Positions 36,543 to 43,553 of a stretch of 43,553 nt of DNA are shown piece by piece (position 1 is the stretch's first letter; each line of letters starts with the position of its first letter). This DNA is from Octopus bimaculoides. Lineage: Eukaryota. Below the pieces are notes generated by a model. It did no database searches. It saw nothing but the letters and a program-made list of their open reading frames with translations, and was not told the origin of the DNA. A program made the translations under genes and the position numbers. The stretch lies in assembly GCF_001194135.2 (NCBI RefSeq), contig NC_068985.1:125306254-125349806 (forward strand). Reading direction: 5' to 3'.

Positions 36543-36767
36543 GAGTTCAAATTTTGGCACAAGGCCACCAACTTCGGGGAAGGATGTAAGTTGACTAGAC
36601 CGACCCCAGTGTTCAACTGGTACTTATTTTATCGATGCCCGAAAGAATGTCCGAAAGAATGAAAGGCAAAGTCAACCTTGGCAAATTTATAACTCAGAAA
36701 GTAAACAGACGAAATGCCACTATGCATTTCGCCCGGTGCTATAACGATTCTGCCGGCTCGCCGCTTT
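36543..36767 (-). mobile_element. SINE family A
   Basis: ttttggcacaaggcc...cgaccccagtgttcaactggtacttattttatcga...gaaaggcaaagtcaacc...acgattctgccggctcgccgc. Confidence 0.85.
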
Positions 36768-36788
36768 ACTAGTGCATATATATATTAG

Positions 36789-37006
36789 AAATCCTTTCTA
36801 CTATAGGCACAAGGCCTGAAATATGGGGAAAGGAGTTTAGTCGATTACATCGACCCCAGTGTTTCACTGATACTTAATTTATCAACCCTCAAAGGATGAA
36901 CGGCAAAGTCGACAACGGTGGAATTTGAACTCAGAACGTAAGGACGGACGAAGTGCCGCTAAGCATTTTGCCCGGCGTGCTGACGATTCTGACATCTCGC
37001 CACCTT
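36789..37006 (-). mobile_element. SINE family A (tandem with the preceding copy)
   Basis: aatcctttctactataggcacaaggcctga...gaatttgaactcagaacgtaag...gacgattctgacatctcgccacctt. Confidence 0.9.
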
Positions 37007-37333
37007 AAATATAAATATTAATAAGAAATATTAAATAAATGGCCCTTTTCTTTTTAAAACTTAAAACAAACCTGCTGCCCAATAAAATGGATGGGTTAGA
37101 AAGCAAATTTTGGCAAAAATTTGTTATTACTTTATGTTTTGTGTTATTAATTTTATAGGGGCGGCGAAAACTAAAATCATTAGGGTGTTACATCGGATTC
37201 CTCGTAGACTTTTTTTTCTGACATTTTGCGCTCCGAATCCAAATCCATCCAAAGTTGAACTTTGCTATTCCTCGTTCCTCAGTCAATAAAAAAGTACCAA
37301 TCTCGTCCTTTATATTGGTGGAACTGTTAGATC

Positions 37334-37410
37334 AATGGTTCTCAACCATTTTTCATTTATGGATCCCTTAGATTACTACTTTACTCTCGTGGACCCCCAT
37401 AACTATTCGG
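37334..37410 (+). mobile_element. hAT/Charlie-like terminal fragment
   Basis: caatggttctcaaccattttt...atggatcccttag resembles cagtggttctcaacc-type hAT ends; no partner TIR found. Confidence 0.4.
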
Positions 37411-37804
37411 TCTTTAAAAACTATAGTTCTATATTTAAGAGACGGGGAATTATGTACATTATTTACATTTGACAGATATTTGTCCTCATCCAGTTTGTTG
37501 TTAACGCAACGGTTCTGTTGATATATCCTCCAGCCTTCATCAGGGTAGAGCGTGATACCTCACGGTATCTAGTTTGCCTCTTTGCGTTATGGCAACAACG
37601 TTTATGGAGACACGAATGTAATGTAATTCAGGCCTAAATCAGTGGAGTGAACATCGGTAAAATGAGAAGAAAATTGCATGTATGGACAATTGCTTGTGTT
37701 CCTCAAAAAATCTCAACCAAACGTGTATATCAGTGAGAGACCTCCGTGATTTTACAAGTTCATTCATTAAAGTCAAAATTAGGAATTTCTTCAAGCACGT
37801 ACGC

Positions 37805-37818
37805 ACGCACGCACACAC

Positions 37819-37893
<75 letters not shown>
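37805..37893. repeat. (CA)n microsatellite
   Basis: Seen directly. Confidence 0.95.
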
Positions 37894-37899
<6 letters not shown>

Positions 37900-37939
37900 T
37901 TATTTTGCATCAGTTTGGATATTTAAGTATATTTTCGAA

Positions 37940-38095
37940 CAGTGGTTAAGAACTTCGCTTCGCAAGCATGTGGTTTCGGATTCAGTCCCGGTGAGTGGCA
38001 TCCTAGGAAAATATCTAACTATATATACCTGGGCCGACCAATACCTTATATGTGATTTGTGTAGGTAGAAACTGTATGGAATCCCACCGTATATT
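37940..38095 (+). mobile_element. SINE family B, 5' half (decayed)
   Basis: agtggttaagaacttcgcttcgcaagcatgtggtttcggattcagtccc...ctgggccgaccaataccttat...gtagaaactgtatggaatccc. Confidence 0.7.
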
Positions 38096-38139
38096 CATCG
38101 GTTGCCAAGTGGTGCGAGAGACAATCACAAATACACGCA

Positions 38140-38193
<54 letters not shown>

Positions 38194-38219
38194 CATACGT
38201 ACGTACATACATACATACA

Positions 38220-38251
<32 letters not shown>

Positions 38252-38484
38252 CAGGATTGATAAAAAGTCACCTGACAGTAAATCAAAACCATTTAATTCC
38301 AAGATTTATGTTTAACAACTGAAAGAATTTAATAAATGCATCTAAATATGAAACATCATGAAAATAGTTCAAACTGATGTCCTTCTTGAGCGACACATTT
38401 TTCCATTCGAGTCAATACAGAATTACAGATAGTATTTATGGAATTTTGATTTACTGTCGGGTGACTTATGGCTAAAAGCGCGCT

Positions 38485-38538
<54 letters not shown>

Positions 38539-38845
38539 TATATATATACATATATATGTGTGATCATTTCTTTCTCTCTAGTTTTTACTATTATTTTCAC
38601 GTTAAAGCTATAACTAAGTTTTGCTGACAAGATGAAATAATAAATCGTATTGGTATTGTTAAAGACAAATATTATTATAAGGGATGTTTAACACGCTTTT
38701 TTTTCCTTCGTCCCCATTGTTACAGTTTATGTTTATAAAGGTGGACTCCATTCACTTGCATTTTAAGAACACTGTCATGGCTGGTTATCATCTTACTATG
38801 TCACGAGTTACTTGAAAAATATTATTATTATTGTTATTATTATTA

Positions 38846-38877
<32 letters not shown>

Positions 38878-39148
38878 GTTATTTAAGGAACTAATTTTGG
38901 GTGGACGTGTGGTTTTTCGGTTAGTTTATTGAAATACGCCATTGGAAACTCTCTGAACATCTTAAGAAAGTCAGTAAGTCCTCTCGTATGTATATATGTG
39001 TGTATGTATGTTTGCTATGTAAGTATGTATGTATTTGTGTGTGTATGTGCATACACATACATATATAAACGCTGCGCGCATACGCATACATATATTCTAG
39101 AAATATGTCTCTTACAAATATAGATATGTGTGTGCGTGTGTGTGTGTA

Positions 39149-39192
<44 letters not shown>

Positions 39193-39879
39193 TATTTGAA
39201 TTTTCCCTCTGAAGAAAGAACTAGTTTCTATGTTGATACAAAACTCCATCTTTGGAATGTAAATAAGTAAAATAGTGTCACATTTTAAACTTGAGGAAAG
39301 CCTTGCATATTTTTACTGTTCCACTTACTGGTTGTATTTGTAATGTGCGAGTTAGTTGGTTGATTTCTTTTTCTGAAAAGTATAGCTTATCAGATTGACA
39401 GTTAGGCATTTACTCACAAAACAATTGCACCCATTATTATTGTCATAAATGTGAATTTTAGTCCGGATATAGAAACTGGAGGTTTCGAAGCAGTTGTCCA
39501 TAGTTATCCTATTTCTCTTTGACTTGCAAAGCGATATTCACATCAGCAAGGTAGCTAACGCCTCGCTGTAGATCTGTATGGTTTGAATCATAGTTGACGG
39601 GCGAAAATGGTTAATTCCTATGGATTTATGGGATCACTTTGTGAGCTGTGTAAGATATGATCTCTGTGAACCGCTATACATCTCTTCAAGCCTTTGCACA
39701 CGCTACACATATCGAAACACCTGGTCTAGAAGGAACCACGTTGCATACAGTTAATCTTTTGCAGGACCTCAGATAGTTGACATATCCAGCCTTGGAAAGG
39801 AGTACACAATCACACGTTTCATACCTTCCACACTATATACTCTCATTGAATATAAATACATACATACATGTAACGACAC

Positions 39880-40020
39880 AGGTGATTTTCTCGGATTAGT
39901 CTTTCCCTTTCCTCTGGATTTTTTCTCTCTTTCCTCGTTATGACAAAGAGCCATACTCGAAACGTCACACTCACTCTTTCTACCATTTTAAACTTTCTCT
40001 GAGCGTCAATCTAGTACATT
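39880..40020 (+). repeat. Short interspersed repeat carrying a hammerhead-like motif (copy 3)
   Basis: Pyrimidine run, atgacaaagagccatactcgaaacgtcacac, then ctctgagcgtcaa. Confidence 0.55.
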
Positions 40021-40046
40021 CACAGTGTACGTGCATTTTTCATTTG

Positions 40047-40091
<45 letters not shown>

Positions 40092-40404
40092 ATTTATGTA
40101 TGTGTGCATGCATGTATATATGTATTTACTTATGTATGAATGTATGTATGTATGTACAAGCGCACATGTGTGTGAATTTACATTGTGAACAATGAACATA
40201 TAAGTTCGAGACCTAGAAGTGTCCTTCAGTATTTTTTTTCCGTTAAAAGTGTTTTTAAGCAATATATTACTTGCTATTAGTATTAGTTGTACCAATTTCG
40301 AGATTTACCGCTAAAATATCTTATGAGTATATGCATGTGTATGTGCGCGTGTGATTGTATGTATTTGTGTATGTATTTGTGTATGTATGTTTGTATATAC
40401 TCAT

Positions 40405-40419
40405 AGATCGGAAGAGCAC
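40405..40419 (+). other. Illumina TruSeq adapter remnant at a contig end
   Basis: agatcggaagagcac, identical to the first 15 nt of the TruSeq adapter, immediately before an N gap. Confidence 0.9.
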
Positions 40420-41837
40420 NNNNNNNNNNNNNNNNNNNNNNNNNNNNNNNNNNNNNNNNNNNNNNNNNNNNNNNNNNNNNNNNNNNNNNNNNNNNNNNNN
40501 NNNNNNNNNNNNNNNNNNNNNNNNNNNNNNNNNNNNNNNNNNNNNNNNNNNNNNNNNNNNNNNNNNNNNNNNNNNNNNNNNNNNNNNNNNNNNNNNNNNN
40601 NNNNNNNNNNNNNNNNNNNNNNNNNNNNNNNNNNNNNNNNNNNNNNNNNNNNNNNNNNNNNNNNNNNNNNNNNNNNNNNNNNNNNNNNNNNNNNNNNNNN
40701 NNNNNNNNNNNNNNNNNNNNNNNNNNNNNNNNNNNNNNNNNNNNNNNNNNNTATATATACCTATAGAAACATATATACATATGCATATATATATATTTAT
40801 ATACATTAGAATGCAACATATTCCCATCACATCTGGGAAACATAGCTTTCATCTCTATCCCTCTTTCTCTCTCTTTCTCTGTTTTCTCTCTCTTTCTCTT
40901 TCTTTCTCTCTCTTTATCTTTCTTTCTCTCTCTTTATCTTTCTTTCTCTCTCTCTTTATCTTTCTTTCTCTCACTTTGTATGTCCATATGACTGTCATAG
41001 TCACCATGACTCATTCTCTCTCGGCACACATGTATCTGTTTAACATTTTCATCACTGGGCCTCTGCTGTGTCTTGTATTTGAACATACGTCTCTTTTTGG
41101 GAAACTGTTTATTTCAAGAAAACGCTTTTCTTTCTTACTTGCTTCCTTTCATTTTGCTTTTAATAAACCAAACTACGTAGTAATCTATAATTAATTTCTT
41201 CATGGCTGGTTTTATTTGGTGAAGCAAAAAGTGTAATAAGTAAATGTAGGAAAAAGACAAAACGTAAGAAACCAATCCTTTGATATTTTGCAATATTTCC
41301 ATCTTGACTGTGCGTATGTGCGCAGCGCGCGCGCGCGTGCGTGTGTGTGTGTGTATGCAATTCTTTTGGGAAAAGTTAAGACTAGGAACAGACAGAGCTC
41401 TGAATAAGTGTGTAGCTTTATCTTCTTCGAGTTTCACCCTTCTAAAAACAGAATTAATTCACGCTGTGTCGAAGGTTCTAAAGTCCTATATCAACAACAT
41501 AATACATACATATATGAATACATACTTTATACACACACACATACACAGAGCAAAATTTGATGTAGCACGGAAACCAAATCAAAGTGTTTTAAAAAAAAAA
41601 TATATATATATACATACATATCTACATACATACATATATACTCATACATACATGTATACACATACATACATACTAATTTTCCTTTGAATCTGTCATCCAT
41701 ACTCTGTTACTATTATGCTTTGACCGGGTATTTCCATTGTACGAATATTATTCTTCTTAAAAGATAAACCACCTACGAAAATACAATTTGTAGCTGGATA
41801 TATAAAACCCATCCATCCACCCATCCGTCCGTCCATC

Positions 41838-41884
<47 letters not shown>

Positions 41885-42897
41885 CTCTGTCTATCTATCT
41901 GTCTTGCTAGATATCTTAATTTTGTTAAAATTCCATTAAATTTCATTAACACGTGTATGTATGCGTACAAGCATACATGCATANNNNNNNNNNNNNNNNN
42001 NNNNNNNNNNNNNNNNNNNNNNNNNNNNNNNNNNNNNNNNNNNNNNNNNNNNNNNNNNNNNNNNNNNNNNNNNNNNNNNNNNNNNNNNNNNNNNNNNNNN
42101 NNNNNNNNNNNNNNNNNNNNNNNNNNNNNNNNNNNNNNNNNNNNNNNNNNNNNNNNNNNNNNNNNNNNNNNNNNNNNNNNNNNNNNNNNNNNNNNNNNNN
42201 NNNNNNNNNNNNNNNNNNNNNNNNNNNNNNNNNNNNNNNNNNNNNNNNNNNNNNNNNNNNNNNNNNNNNNNNNNNNNNNNNNNNNNNNNNNNNNNNNNNN
42301 NNNNNNNNNNNNNNNNNNNNNNNNNNNNNNNNNNNNNNNNNNNNNNNNNNNNNNNNNNNNNNNNNNNNNNNNNNNNNNNNNNNNNNNNNNNNNNNNNNNN
42401 NNNNNNNNNNNNNNNNNNNNNNNNNNNNNNNNNNNNNNNNNNNNNNNNNNNNNNNNNNNNNNNNNNNNNNNNNNNNNNNNNNNNNNNNNNNNNNNNNNNN
42501 NNNNNNNNNNNNNNNNNNNNNNNNNNNNNNNNNNNNNNNNNNNNNNNNNNNNNNNNNNNNNNNNNNNNNNNNNNNNNNNNNNNNNNNNNNNNNNNNNNNN
42601 NNNNNNNNNNNNNNNNNNNNNNNNNNNNNNNNNNNNNNNNNNNNNNNNNNNNNNNNNNNNNNNNNNNNNNNNNNNNNNNNNNNNNNNNNNNNNNNNNNNN
42701 NNNNNNNNNNNNNNNNNNNNNNNNNNNNNNNNNNNNNNNNNNNNNNNNNNNNNNNNNNNNNNNNNNNNNNNNNNNNNNNNNNNNNNNNNNNNNNNNNNNN
42801 NNNNNNNNNNNNNNNNNNNNNNNNNNNNNNNNNNNNNNNNNNNNNNNNNNNNNNNNNNNNNNNNNNNNNNNNNNNNNNNNNNNNNNNNNNNNNNNNN

Positions 42898-43070
42898 AAC
42901 ATAGAGCAGTAATAGAAATTTTAGAAATTTAATTTACCACCAGTGCTACAGCGAGAATAAAAAGTTAGTCAATAGACTACATATATATTATTCATTTAAA
43001 ATATAGAGATGCCTCGCTGGACCACTGGTGGTAAATTAAATTTCTAAAATTTCTTTTACTGCCCTATGTT
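42898..43070. mobile_element. Fold-back MITE-like element with 58-bp inverted arms
   Basis: 42898-42955 vs rc of 43013-43070: 54/58 identical, with a 57-bp spacer. The left arm abuts a gap. Confidence 0.8.
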
Positions 43071-43083
43071 TAATAATAATAAT

Positions 43084-43118
<35 letters not shown>

Positions 43119-43123
<5 letters not shown>

Positions 43124-43310
43124 GCGTCTGTGTTTGTCCCACCACCATCGCTTCACACCGATCTTGGTGTGTTTCTTTCCCCGTAACTTAGCGGTCTGGC
43201 AAAAGGCCCAATAGAATAAGTACTAGGCTACGAAGAATAAGTCCTGGGGTCGATTTGTTCGACTAAAGCTTGGTCGCAGTCTAATGACTGAAACAAGTAA
43301 AATAAAACAA
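43119..43310 (+). mobile_element. SINE family B, 3' half
   Basis: atagaataagtactaggct...aagaataagtcctggggtcgatttgttcgactaaag...aatgactgaaacaagtaaa matches 4080-4180. Confidence 0.85.
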
Positions 43311-43522
43311 AAAAGAATACAATTAAAGAAAAAAAGATATTTATATTAATACATCTAACTTACAGAGTACAAACGACAAAGAAAATTAAAGGGGTGGAAG
43401 AAAGGTGTTATAAAAAAATATATATATCACACACAGAGACAGACAGATGCATACATAAATACATACACGCACACACACACATATATATATATACATACAT
43501 ACATACATACATACATACACAC

Positions 43523-43553
<31 letters not shown>

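Overview
AT-rich animal genomic DNA with many N gaps and dense microsatellites. The repeat landscape looks cephalopod (Octopus-like); that assignment is inferred from SINE and microsatellite style, not from a search. No host protein-coding exon, RNA gene or CRISPR array can be supported, and the long ORFs in the track are N-gap or microsatellite read-throughs. The window is a transposon graveyard. It holds two decayed full-length mariner elements with recognisable TIRs (irritans-like at 448-1697, mellifera-like at about 13477-14704), a fold-back mariner remnant (32439-33284), Tigger/pogo-, hAT-, mariner- and piggyBac-type non-autonomous elements, and about 15 tRNA-headed SINE copies or fragments built from shared modules. 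The most interesting signals are: (1) a GC-rich L1/Tx1-type retrotransposon with an open ORF2 C-terminal (zf-RVT-like) segment, whose 3' end occurs twice, each time with (ATCT)n on both sides, suggesting a GATA-microsatellite-targeting element; (2) four dispersed, degenerate minimal hammerhead-ribozyme-like motifs of the Penelope-like-element type; (3) the fold-back mariner with a microhomology junction and local template-switch scars. An Illumina adapter remnant sits at a contig end (40405-40419).
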